Assembly: GCA_964057225.1 (NCBI GenBank)
Contig: OZ059895.1
Location: 1 to 64,000, forward strand
Source of the DNA: Auanema rhodensis
Lineage: Eukaryota > Animalia > Nematoda
Direction: 5' to 3'
Length of the DNA: 64,000 nt
Shown here: positions 1-13,000 of the stretch, piece after piece
Position numbering within the stretch: the stretch's first letter is position 1
Layout: every line of letters starts with the position of its first letter
Notes under the pieces: model-generated
The model's database searches: none
What the model was told of the DNA's origin: nothing
What the model saw: the letters and a program-made list of their open reading frames with translations, nothing else
Position numbers and translations under genes: made by a program

Positions 1-520
1 TGAAGCGAGTTACATACAAGTGCACATCACGTGTACATTTAATTAGCATAAATTAAAGTTCACGTAAATTCAAAGTCATGGTTACCATGCACCAATATCA
101 ATAAAAATTTGTTTTTAGACTAATATGGACATGGGGAATCTAATTTTGAAAACCGCATCTCTTTATCTTTCACGTGAAGCGAGTTACATACCAAGTGCAC
201 ATCACGTGTACATTTAATTAGCATAAATTAAAGTTCACGTAAATTTCAAAGTCATGGTTACCATGCACCAATATCAATAAAAATTTGGTTTTAGACTAAT
301 ATGGACATGGGGAATCTAATTTTGAAAACCGCATCTCTTTATCTTTCACGTGAAGCGAGTTACATACCAAGTGCACATCACGTGTACATTTAATTAGCAT
401 AAATTAAAGTTCACGTAAATTTCAAAGTCATGGTTACCATGCACCAATACCAATAAAATTTGTTTTTCAGACTAATATGGACATGGGGAATCTAATTTTG
501 AAAACCGCATCTCTTTATCT

Positions 521-530
521 TTCACGTGAA
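521..530. other. Perfect 10-bp palindrome TTCACGTGAA (E-box/G-box core CACGTG), once per monomer; second CACGTG at 555-560
   Basis: Directly visible in the sequence. No binding function is shown. Confidence 0.6.
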
Positions 531-702
531 GCGAGTTACATACCAAGTGCACATCACGTGTACATTTAATTAGCATAAATTAAAGTTCACGTAAATTTCA
601 AAGTCATGGTTACCATGCACCAATATCAATAAAAATTTGTTTTTAGACTAATATGGACATGGGGAATCTAATTTTGAAAACCGCATCTCTTTATCTTTCA
701 CG
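527..702 (+). repeat. Representative consensus 176-bp monomer (phase arbitrary)
   Basis: Matches the majority of monomers in 1-10 kb. Hand count gives 31 C, 26 G and 5 CpG. Confidence 0.97.
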
Positions 703-3700
703 TGAAGCGAGTTACATACCAAGTGCACATCACGTGTACATTTAATTAGCATAAATTAAAGTTCACGTAAATTTCAAAGTCATGGTTACCATGCACCAAT
801 ATCAATAAAATTTGTTTTTAGACTAATATGGACATGGGGAATCTAATTTTGAAAACCGCATCTCTTTATCTTTCACGTGAAGCGAGTTACATACCAAGTG
901 CACATCACGTGTACATTTAATTAGCATAAATTAAAGTTCACGTAAATTTCAAAGTCATGGTTACCATGCACCAATATCAATAAAAATTTGTTTTTAGACT
1001 AATATGGACATGGGGAATCTAATTTTGAAAACCGCATCTCTTTATCTTTCACGTGAAGCGAGTTACATACCAAGTGCACATCACGTGTACATTTAATTAG
1101 CATAAATTAAAGTTCACGTAAATTTCAAAGTCATGGTTACCCATGCACCAATATCAATAAAAATTTGTTTTTAGACTAATATGGACATGGGGAATCTAAT
1201 TTTGAAAACCGCATCTCTTAATCTTTCACGTGAAGCGAGTTACATACCAAGTGCACATCACGTGTACATTTAATTAGCATAAATTAAAGTTCACGTAAAT
1301 TTCAAAGTCATGGTTACCATGCACCAATATCAATAAAAATTTGTTTTTAGACTAATATGGACATGGGGAATCTAATTTTGAAAACCGCATCTCTTTATCT
1401 TTCACGTGAAGCGAGTTACATACCAAGTGCACATCACGTGTACATTTAATTAGCATAAATTAAAGTTCACGTAAATTTCAAAGTCATGGTTACCATGCAC
1501 CAATATCAATAAAAATTTGTTTTTAGACTAATATGGACATGGGGAATCTAATTTTGAAAACCGCATCTCTTTATCTTTCACGTGAAGCGAGTTACATACC
1601 AAGTGCACATCACGTGTACATTTAATTAGCATAAATTAAAGTTCACGTAAATTTCAAAGTCATGGTTACCATGCACCAATATCAATAAAAATTTGTTTTT
1701 AGACTAATATGGACATGGGGAATCTAATTTTGAAAACCGCATCTCTTTATCTTTCACGTGAAGCGAGTTACATACCAAGTGCACATCACGTGTACATTTA
1801 ATTAGCATAAATTAAAGTTCACGTAAATTTCAAAGTCATGGTTACCATGCACCAATATCAATAAAAATTTGTTTTTAGACTAATATGGACATGGGGAATC
1901 TAATTTGAAAACCGCATCTCTTTATCTTTCACGTGAAGCGAGTTACATACCAAGTGCACATCACGTGTACATTTAATTAGCATAAATTAAAGTTCACGTA
2001 AATTTCAAAGTCATGGTTACCATGCACCAATATCAATAAAAATTTGTTTTTAGACTAATATGGACATGGGGAATCTAATTTGAAAAACCGCATCTCTTTA
2101 TCTTTCACGTGAAGCGAGTTACATACCAAGTGCACATCACGTGTACATTTAATTAGCATAAATTAAAGTTCACGTAAATTTCAAAGTCATGGTTACCATG
2201 CACCAATATCAATAAAAATTTGTTTTTAGACTAATATGGACATGGGGAATCTAATTTTGAAACCGCATCTCTTTATCTTTCACGTGAAGCGAGTTACATA
2301 CCAAGTGCACATCACGTGTACATTTAATTAGCATAAATTAAAGTTCACGTAAATTTCAAAGTCATGGTTACCATGCACCAATATCAATAAAAATTTGTTT
2401 TTAGACTAATATGGACATGGGGAATCTAATTTTGAAAACCGCATCTCTTTATCTTTCACGTGAAGCGAGTTACATACCAAGTGCACATCACGTGTACATT
2501 TAATTAGCATAAATTAAAGTTCACGTAAATTTCAAAGTCATGGTTACCATGCACCAATATCAATAAAAATTTGTTTTTAGACTAATATGGACATGGGGAA
2601 TCTAATTTTGAAAACCGCATCTCTTTATCTTTCACGTGAAGCGAGTTACATACCAAGTGCACATCACGTGTACATTTAATTAGCATAAATTAAAGTTCAC
2701 GTAAATTTCAAAGTCATGGTTACCATGCACCAATATCAATAAAAATTTGTTTTTAGACTAATATGGACATGGGGAATCTAATTTGAAAACCGCATCTCTT
2801 TATCTTTCACGTGAAGCGAGTTACATACCAAGTGCACATCACGTGTACATTTAATTAGCATAAATTAAAGTTCACGTAAATTTCAAAGTCATGGTTACCA
2901 TGCACCAATATCAATAAAAATTTGTTTTTAGACTAATATGGACATGGGGAATCTAATTTTGAAAACCGCATCTCTTTATCTTTCACGTGAAGCGAGTTAC
3001 ATACCAAGTGCACATCACGTGTACATTTAATTAGCATAAATTTAAAGTTCACGTAAATTTCAAAGTCATGGTTACCATGCACCAATATCAATAAAAATTT
3101 GTTTTTAGACTAATATGGACATGGGGAATCTAATTTTGAAACCGCATCTCTTTATCTTTCACGTGAAGCGAGTTACATACCAAGTGCACATCACGTGTAC
3201 ATTTAATTAGCATAAATTAAAGTTCACGTAAATTTCAAAGTCATGGTTACCATGCACCAATATCAATAAAAATTTGTTTTTAGACTAATATGGACATGGG
3301 GAATCTAATTTTGAAAACCGCATCTCTTTATCTTTCACGTGAAGCGAGTTACATACCAAGTGCACATCACGTGTACATTTAATTAGCATAAATTAAAGTT
3401 CACGTAAATTTCAAAGTCATGGTTACCATGCACCAATATCAATAAAAATTTGTTTTTAGACTAATATGGACATGGGGAATCTAATTTGAAAACCGCATCT
3501 CTTTATCTTTCACGTGAGCGAGTTACATACCAAGTGCACATCACGTGTACATTTAATTAGCATAAATTAAAGTTCACGTAAATTTCAAAGTCATGGTTAC
3601 CATGCACCAATATCAATAAAAATTTGTTTTTAGACTAATATGGACATGGGGAATCTAATTTTGAAAACCGCATCTCTTTATCTTTCACGTGAAGCGAGTT

Positions 3701-6700
3701 ACATACCAAGTGCACATCACGTGTACATTTAATTAGCATAAATTAAAGTTCACGTAAATTTCAAAGTCATGGTTACCATGCACCAATATCAATAAAAATT
3801 TGTTTTTAGACTAATATGGACATGGGGAATCTAATTTTGAAAACCGCATCTCTTTATCTTTCACGTGAAGCGAGTTACATACCAAGTGCACATCACGTGT
3901 ACATTTAATTAGCATAAATTAAAGTTCACGTAAATTTCAAAGTCATGGTTACCATGCACCAATATCAATAAAAATTTGTTTTTAGACTAATATGGACATG
4001 GGGAATCTAATTTTGAAACCGCATCTCTTTATCTTTCACGTGAAGCGAGTTACATACCAAGTGCACATCACGTGTACATTTAATTAGCATAAATTAAAGT
4101 TCACGTAAATTTCAAAGTCATGGTTACCATGCACCAATATCAATAAAAATTTGTTTTTAGACTAATATGGACATGGGGAATCTAATTTTGAGAACCGCAT
4201 CTCTTTATCTTTCACGTGAAGCGAGTTACATACCAAGTGCACATCACGTGTACATTTAATTAGCATAAATTAAAGTTCACGTAAATTTCAAAGTCATGGT
4301 TACCATGCACCAATATCAATAAAAATTTGTTTTTAGACTAATATGGACATGGGGAATCTAATTTTGAAAACCGCATCTCTTTATCTTTCACGTGAAGCGA
4401 GTTACATACCAAGTGCACATCACGTGTACATTTAATTAGCATAAATTAAAGTTCACGTAAATTTCAAAGTCATGGTTACCATGCACCAATATCAATAAAA
4501 ATTTGTTTTTAGACTAATATGGACATGGGGAATCTAATTTTGAAAACCGCATCTCTTTATCTTTCACGTGAAGCGAGTTACATACCAAGTGCACATCACG
4601 TGTACATTTAATTAGCATAAATTAAAGTTCACGTAAATTTCAAAGTCATGGTTACCATGCACCAATATCAATAAAAATTTGTTTTTAGACTAATATGGAC
4701 ATGGGGAATCTAATTTTGAAAACCGCATCTCTTTATCTTTCACGTGAAGCGAGTTACATACCAAGTGCACATCACGTGTACATTTAATTAGCATAAATTA
4801 AAGTTCACGTAAATTTCAAAGTCATGGTTACCATGCACCAATATCAATAAAAATTTGTTTTTAGACTAATATGGACATGGGGAATCTAATTTTGAAAACC
4901 GCATCTCTTTATCTTTCACGTGAAGCGAGTTACATACCAAGTGCACATCACGTGTACATTTAATTAGCATAAATTAAAGTTCACGTAAATTTCAAAGTCA
5001 TGGTTACCATGCACCAATATCAATAAAAATTTGTTTTTAGACTAATATGGACATGGGGAATCTAATTTTGAAAACCGCATCTCTTTATCTTTCACGTGAA
5101 GCGAGTTACATACCAAGTGCACATCACGTGTACATTTAATTAGCATAAATTAAAGTTCACGTAAATTTCAAAGTCATGGTTACCATGCACCAATATCAAT
5201 AAAAATTTGTTTTTAGACTAATATGGACATGGGGAATCTAATTTTGAAACCGCATCTCTTTATCTTTCACGTGAAGCGAGTTACATACCAAGTGCACATC
5301 ACGTGTACATTTAATTAGCATAAATTAAAGTTCACGTAAATTTCAAAGTCATGGTTACCATGCACCAATATCAATAAAAATTTGTTTTTAGACTAATATG
5401 GACATGGGGAATCTAATTTTGAAACCGCATCTCTTTATCTTTCACGTGAAGCGAGTACATACCAAGTGCACATCACGTGTACATTTAATTAGCATAAATT
5501 AAAGTTCACGTAAATTTCAAAGTCATGGTTACCATGCACCAATATCAATAAAAATTTGTTTTTAGACTAATATGGGACATGGGGAATCTAATTTTGAAAA
5601 CCGCATCTCTTTATCTTTCACGTGAAGCGAGTTACATACCAAGTGCACATCACGTGTACATTTAATTAGCATAAATTAAAGTTCACGTAAATTTCAAAGT
5701 CATGGTTACCATGCACCAATATCAATAAAAATTTGTTTTTAGACTAATATGGACATGGGGAATCTAATTTTGAAAACCGCATCTCTTTATCTTTCACGTG
5801 AAGCGAGTTACATACCAAGTGCACATCACGTGTACATTTAATTAGCATAAATTAAAGTTCACGTAAATTTCAAAGTCATGGTTACCATGCACCAATATCA
5901 ATAAAAATTTGTTTTTAGACTAATATGGACATGGGGAATCTAATTTGAAAACCGCATCTCTTTATCTTTCACGTGAAGCGAGTTACATACCAAGTGCACA
6001 TCACGTGTACATTTAATTAGCATAAATTAAAGTTCACGTAAATTTCAAAGTCATGGTTACCATGCACCAATATCAATAAAAATTTGTTTTTAGACTAATA
6101 TGGACATGGGGAATCTAATTTTGAAAACCGCATCTCTTTATCTTTCACGTGAAGCGAGTTACATACCAAGTGCACATCACGTGTACATTTAATTAGCATA
6201 AATTAAAGTTCACGTAAATTTCAAAGTCATGGTTACCATGCACCAATATCAATAAAAATTTGTTTTTAGACTAATATGGACATGGGGAATCTAATTTTGA
6301 AAACCGCATCTCTTTATCTTTCACGTGAAGCGAGTTACATACCAAGTGCACATCACGTGTACATTTAATTAGCATAAATTAAAGTTCACGTAAATTTCAA
6401 AGTCATGGTTACCATGCACCAATATCAATAAAAATTTGTTTTTAGACTAATATGGACATGGGGAATCTAATTTTGAGAACCGCATCTCTTTATCTTTCAC
6501 GTGAAGCGAGTTACATACCAAGTGCACATCACGTGTACATTTAATTAGCATAAATTAAAGTTCACGTAAATTTCAAAGTCATGGTTACCATGCACCAATA
6601 TCAATAAAATTTGTTTTTAGACTAATATGGACATGGGGAATCTAATTTTGAAAACCGCATCTCTTTATCTTTCACGTGAAGCGAGTTACATACCAAGTGC

Positions 6701-9700
6701 ACATCACGTGTACATTTAATTAGCATAAATTAAAGTTCACGTAAATTTCAAAGTCATGGTTACCATGCACCAATATCAATAAAAATTTGTTTTTAGACTA
6801 ATATGGACATGGGGAATCTAATTTTGAAAACCGCATCTCTTTATCTTTCACGTGAAGCGAGTTACATACCAAGTGCACATCACGTGTACATTTAATTAGC
6901 ATAAATTAAAGTTCACGTAAATTTCAAAGTCATGGTTACCATGCACCAATATCAATAAAAATTTGTTTTTAGACTAATATGGACATGGGGAATCTAATTT
7001 TGAAAACCGCATCTCTTTATCTTTCACGTGAAGCGAGTTACATACCAAGTGCACATCACGTGTACATTTAATTAGCATAAATTAAAGTTCACGTAAATTT
7101 CAAAGTCATGGTTACCATGCACCAATATCAATAAAAATTTGTTTTTAGACTAATATGGACATGGGGAATCTAATTTTGAAAACCGCATCTCTTTATCTTT
7201 CACGTGAAGCGAGTTACATACCAAGTGCACATCACGTGTACATTTAATTAGCATAAATTAAAGTTCACGTAAATTTCAAAGTCATGGTTACCATGCACCA
7301 ATATCAATAAAAATTTGTTTTTAGACTAATATGGACATGGGGAATCTAATTTTGAAAACCGCATCTCTTTATCTTTCACGTGAAGCGAGTTACATACCAA
7401 GTGCACATCACGTGTACATTTAATTAGCATAAATTAAAGTTCACGTAAATTTCAAAGTCATGGTTACCATGCACCAATATCAATAAAAATTTGTTTTTAG
7501 ACTAATATGGACATGGGGAATCTAATTTTGAAAACCGCATCTCTTTATCTTTCACGTGAAGCGAGTTACATACCAAGTGCACATCACGTGTACATTTAAT
7601 TAGCATAAATTAAAGTTCACGTAAATTTCAAAGTCATGGTTACCATGCACCAATATCAATAAAAATTTGTTTTTAGACTAATATGGACATGGGGAATCTA
7701 ATTTTGAAAACCGCATCTCTTTATCTTTCACGTGAAGCGAGTTACATACCAAGTGCACATCACGTGTACATTTAATTAGCATAAATTAAAGTTCACGTAA
7801 ATTTCAAAGTCATGGTTACCATGCACCAATATCAATAAAAATTTGTTTTTAGACTAATATGGACATGGGGAATCTAATTTTGAAAACCGCATCTCTTTAT
7901 CTTTCACGTGAAGCGAGTTACATACCAAGTGCACATCACGTGTACATTTAATTAGCATAAATTAAAGTTCACGTAAATTTCAAAGTCATGGTTACCATGC
8001 ACCAATATCAATAAAAATTTGTTTTTAGACTAATATGGACATGGGGAATCTAATTTTGAAAACCGCATCTCTTTATCTTTCACGTGAAGCGAGTTACATA
8101 CCAAGTGCACATCACGTGTACATTTAATTAGCATAAATTAAAGTTCACGTAAATTTCAAAGTCATGGTTACCATGCACCAATATCAATAAAAATTTGTTT
8201 TTAGACTAATATGGACATGGGGAATCTAATTTTGAAACCGCATCTCTTTATCTTTCACGTGAAGCGAGTTACATACCAAGTGCACATCACGTGTACATTT
8301 AATTAGCATAAATTAAAGTTCACGTAAATTTCAAAGTCATGGTTACCATGCACCAATATCAATAAAATTTGTTTTTAGACTAATATGGACATGGGGAATC
8401 TAATTTTGAAAACCGCATCTCTTTATCTTTCACGTGAAGCGAGTTACATACCAAGTGCACATCACGTGTACATTTAATTAGCATAAATTAAAGTTCACGT
8501 AAATTTCAAAGTCATGGTTACCATGCACCAATATCAATAAAAATTTGTTTTTAGACTAATATGGACATGGGGAATCTAATTTTGAAAACCGCATCTCTTT
8601 ATCTTTCACGTGAAGCGAGTTACATACCAAGTGCACATCACGTGTACATTTAATTAGCATAAATTAAAGTTCACGTAAATTTCAAAGTCATGGTTACCAT
8701 GCACCAATATCAATAAAAATTTGTTTTTAGACTAATATGGACATGGGGAATCTAATTTTGAAAACCGCATCTCTTTATCTTTCACGTGAAGCGAGTTACA
8801 TACCAAGTGCACATCACGTGTACATTTAATTAGCATAAATTAAAGTTCACGTAAATTTCAAAGTCATGGTTACCATGCACCAATATCAATAAAAATTTGT
8901 TTTTAGACTAATATGGACATGGGGAATCTAATTTTGAAACCGCATCTCTTTATCTTTCACGTGAAGCGAGTTACATACCAAGTGCACATCACGTGTACAT
9001 TTAATTAGCATAAATTAAAGTTCACGTAAATTTCAAAGTCATGGTTACCATGCACCAATATCAATAAAAATTTGTTTTTAGACTAATATGGACATGGGGA
9101 ATCTAATTTTGAAAACCGCATCTCTTTATCTTTCACGTGAAGCGAGTTACATACCAAGTGCACATCACGTGTACATTTAATTAGCATAAATTAAAGTTCA
9201 CGTAAATTTCAAAGTCATGGTTACCATGCACCAATATCAATAAAAATTGTTTTTAGACTAATATGGACATGGGGAATCTAATTTTGAAACCGCATCTCTT
9301 TATCTTTCACGTGAAGCGAGTTACATACCAAGTGCACATCACGTGTACATTTAATTAGCATAAATTAAAGTTCACGTAAATTTCAAAGTCATGGTTACCA
9401 TGCACCAATATCAATAAAAATTTGTTTTTAGACTAATATGGACATGGGGAATCTAATTTTGAAAACCGCATCTCTTTATCTTTCACGTGAAGCGAGTTAC
9501 ATACCAAGTGCACATCACGTGTACATTTAATTAGCATAAATTAAAGTTCACGTAAATTTCAAAGTCATGGTTACCATGCACCAATATCAATAAAAATTTG
9601 TTTTTAGACTAATATGGACATGGGGAATCTAATTTTGAAAACCGCATCTCTTTATCTTTCACGTGAAGCGAGTTACATACCAAGTGCACATCACGTGTAC

Positions 9701-10015
9701 ATTTAATTAGCATAAATTAAAGTTCACGTAAATTTCAAAGTCATGGTTACCATGCACCAATATCAATAAAAATTTGTTTTTAGACTAATATGGACATGGG
9801 GAATCTAATTTTGAAAACCGCATCTCTTATCTTTCACGTGAAGCGAGTTACATACCAAGTGCACATCACGTGTACATTTAATTAGCATAAATTAAAGTTC
9901 ACGTAAATTTCAAAGTCATGGTTACCATGCACCAATATCAATAAAAATTTGTTTTTAGACTAATATGGACATGGGGAATCTAATTTTGAAAACCGCATCT
10001 CTTTATCTTTCACGT

Positions 10016-13000
10016 GAAGCGAGTTACATACCAAGTGCACATCACGTGTACATTTAATTAGCATAAATTAAAGTTCACGTAAATTTCAAAGTCATGGTTA
10101 CCATGAACCAATATCAATAAAAATTTGTTTTTAGACTAATATGGACATGGGGAATCTAATTTGAGAAACCGCATCTTTTATCTTTCACGTGAAGCGAGTT
10201 ACATACCAAGTGCACATCACGTGTACATTTAATTAGCATAAATTAAAGTTCACGTAAATTTCAAAGTCATGGTACCATGCACCAATATCAATAAAAATTT
10301 GTTTTTAGACTAATATGGACATGGGGAATCTAATTTTGAAAACCGCATCTCTTTATCTTTCACGTGAAGCGAGTTACATACCAAGTGCACATCACGTGTA
10401 CATTTAATTAGCATAAATTAAAGTTCACGTAAATTTCAAAGTCATGGTTACCATGCACCAATATCAATAAAAATTTGTTTTTAGACTAATATGGACATGG
10501 GGAATCTAATTTTGAAAACCGCATCTCTTTATCTTTCACGTGAAGCGAGTTACATACCAAGTGCACATCACGTGTACATTTAATTAGCATAAATTAAAGT
10601 TCACGTAAATTTCAAAGTCATGGTTACCATGCACCAATATCAATAAAAATTTGTTTTTAGACTAATATGGACATGGGAATCTAATTTTGAAAACCGCATC
10701 TCTTTATCTTTCACGTGAAGCGAGTTACATACCAAGTGCACATCACGTTTACATTTAATTAGCATAAATTAAATTCACGTAAATTTCAAAGTCATGGTTA
10801 CCATGCACCAATATCAATAAAAATTTGTTTTTAGACTAATATGGACATGGGGAATCTAATTTTGAAAACCGCATCTCTTTATCTTTCACGTGAAGCGAGT
10901 TACATACCAAGTGCACATCACGTGTACATTTAATTAGCATAAATTAAAGTTCACGTAAATTTCAAAGTCATGGTTACCATGCACCAATATCAATAAAAAT
11001 TTGTTTTTAGACTAATATGGACATGGGGAATCTAATTTTGAAAACCGCATCTCTTTATCTTTCACGTGAAGCGAGTTACATACCAAGTGCACATCACGTG
11101 TACATTAATTAGCATAAATTAAAGTTCACGTAAATTTCAAAGTCATGGTTACCATGAACCAATATCAATAAAAATTTGTTTTTAGACTAATATGGACATG
11201 GGGAATCTAATTTGAGAACCGCATCTTTTTATCTTTCACGTGAAGCGAGTTACATACCAAGTGCACATCACGTGTACATTTAATTAGCATAAATTAAAGT
11301 TCACGTAAATTTCAAAGTCATGGTTACCATGCACCAATATCAATAAAAATTTGTTTTTAGACTAATATGGACATGGGGAATCTAATTTTGAAAACCGCAT
11401 CTCTTTATCTTCACGTGAAGCGAGTTACATACCAAGTGCACATCACGTGTACATTTAATTAGCATAAATTAAAGTTCACGTAAATTTCAAAGTCATGGTT
11501 ACCATGCACCAATATCAATAAAATTTGTTTTAGACTAATATGGACATGGGGAATCTAATTTTGAAAACCGCATCTCTTTATCTTTCACGTGAAGCGAGTT
11601 ACATACCAAGTGCACATCACGTGTACATTTAATTAGCATAAATTAAAGTTCACGTAAATTTCAAAGTCATGGTTACCATGCACCAATATCAATAAAAATT
11701 TGTTTTTAGACTAATATGGACATGGGAATCTAATTTTGAAAACGCATCTCTTTATCTTTCACGTGAAGCGAGTTACATACCAAGTGCACATCACGTGTAC
11801 ATTTAATTAGCATAAATTAAAGTTCACGTAAATTTCAAAGTCATGGTTACCATGCACCAATATCAATAAAAATTTGTTTTTAGACTAATATGGACATGGG
11901 GAATCTAATTTTGAAAACCGCATCTCTTTATCTTTCACGTGAAGCGAGTTACATACCAAGTGCACATCACGTGTACATTTAATTAGCATAAATTAAAGTT
12001 CACGTAAATTTCAAAGTCATGGTTACCATGAAGCAATATCAATAAAAATTTGTTTTTAGACTAATATGGACATGGGGAATCTAATTTTGAAAACCGCATC
12101 TCTTTATCTTTCACGTGAAGCGAGTTACATACCAAGTGCACATCACGTGTACATTTAATTAGCATAAATTAAAGTTCACGTAAAATTCAAAGTCATGGTT
12201 ACCATGCACCAATATCAATAAAAATTTGTTTTAGACTAATATGGACATGGGGAATCTAATTTTGAAAACCGCATCTCTTTATCTTTCACGTGAAGCGAGT
12301 TACATACCAAGTGCACATCACGTGTACATTTAATTAGCATAAATTAAAGTTCACGTAAATTTCAAAGTCATGGTTACCATGCACCAATATCAATAAAAAT
12401 TTGTTTTTAGACTAATATGGACATGGGGAATCTAATTTTGAAAACCGCATCTCTTTATCTTTCACGTGAAGCGAGTTACATACCAAGTGCACATCACGTG
12501 TACATTTAATTAGCTTAAATTAAAGTTCACGTAAATTTCAAAGTCATGGTTACCATGCACCAATATCAATAAAAATTTGTTTTTAGACTAATATGGACAT
12601 GGGAAATCTAATTTTGAAAACCGCATCTCTTTATCTTTCACGTGAAGCGAGTTACATACCAAGTGCACATCACGTGTACATTTAATTAGCATAAATTAAA
12701 GTTCACGTAAATTTCAAAGTCATGGTTAACATGAAGCAATATCAATAAAAATTTGTTTTTAGACTAATATGGACATGGGGAATCTAATTTTGAAAACCGC
12801 ATCTCTTTATCTTTCACGTGAAGCGAGTTACATACCAAGTGCACATCACGTGTACATTTAATTAGCTTAAATTAAAGTTCACGTAAATTTCAAAGTCATG
12901 GTTACCATGCACCAATATCAATAAAAATTTGTTTTTAGACTAATATGGACATGGGGAATCTAATTTTGAAAACCGCATCTCTTTATCTTTCACGTGAAGC

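Larger units (their letters stand above)
1..10015. repeat. Array domain A: near-invariant consensus monomers
   Basis: Differences are almost all 1-bp homopolymer indels, plus rare substitutions (GAGAACC near 4191 and 6477; private changes in the first three monomers). Confidence 0.85.

Noticed and set aside
628-633. AATAAA polyadenylation signal in every monomer
   Set aside because: Expected by chance in 68% AT sequence, and there is no transcript context.
553-665. Budding-yeast point-centromere layout: ATCACGTG (CDEI match), 77 bp, then TGTTTTT (like the start of CDEIII)
   Set aside because: The intervening DNA is only about 70% AT (CDEII is over 90%), the essential CCG core of CDEIII is absent at the expected position, and point centromeres are not tandem arrays.
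527-702. Identity with known 176-178-bp satellites (Brassica CentBr, Arabidopsis CEN178, honeybee AluI repeat) or primate alpha satellite
   Set aside because: Only the length is similar. The consensus has no HindIII (AAGCTT) or AluI (AGCT) site and no motifs I recognise from those families. A BLAST search is needed for a firm assignment.
527-702. Tandem 5S rRNA, tRNA, snRNA or spliced-leader gene array
   Set aside because: I see no 5S or tRNA internal promoter boxes, no cloverleaf and no recognisable RNA-gene sequence. An Rfam/Infernal scan was not run.
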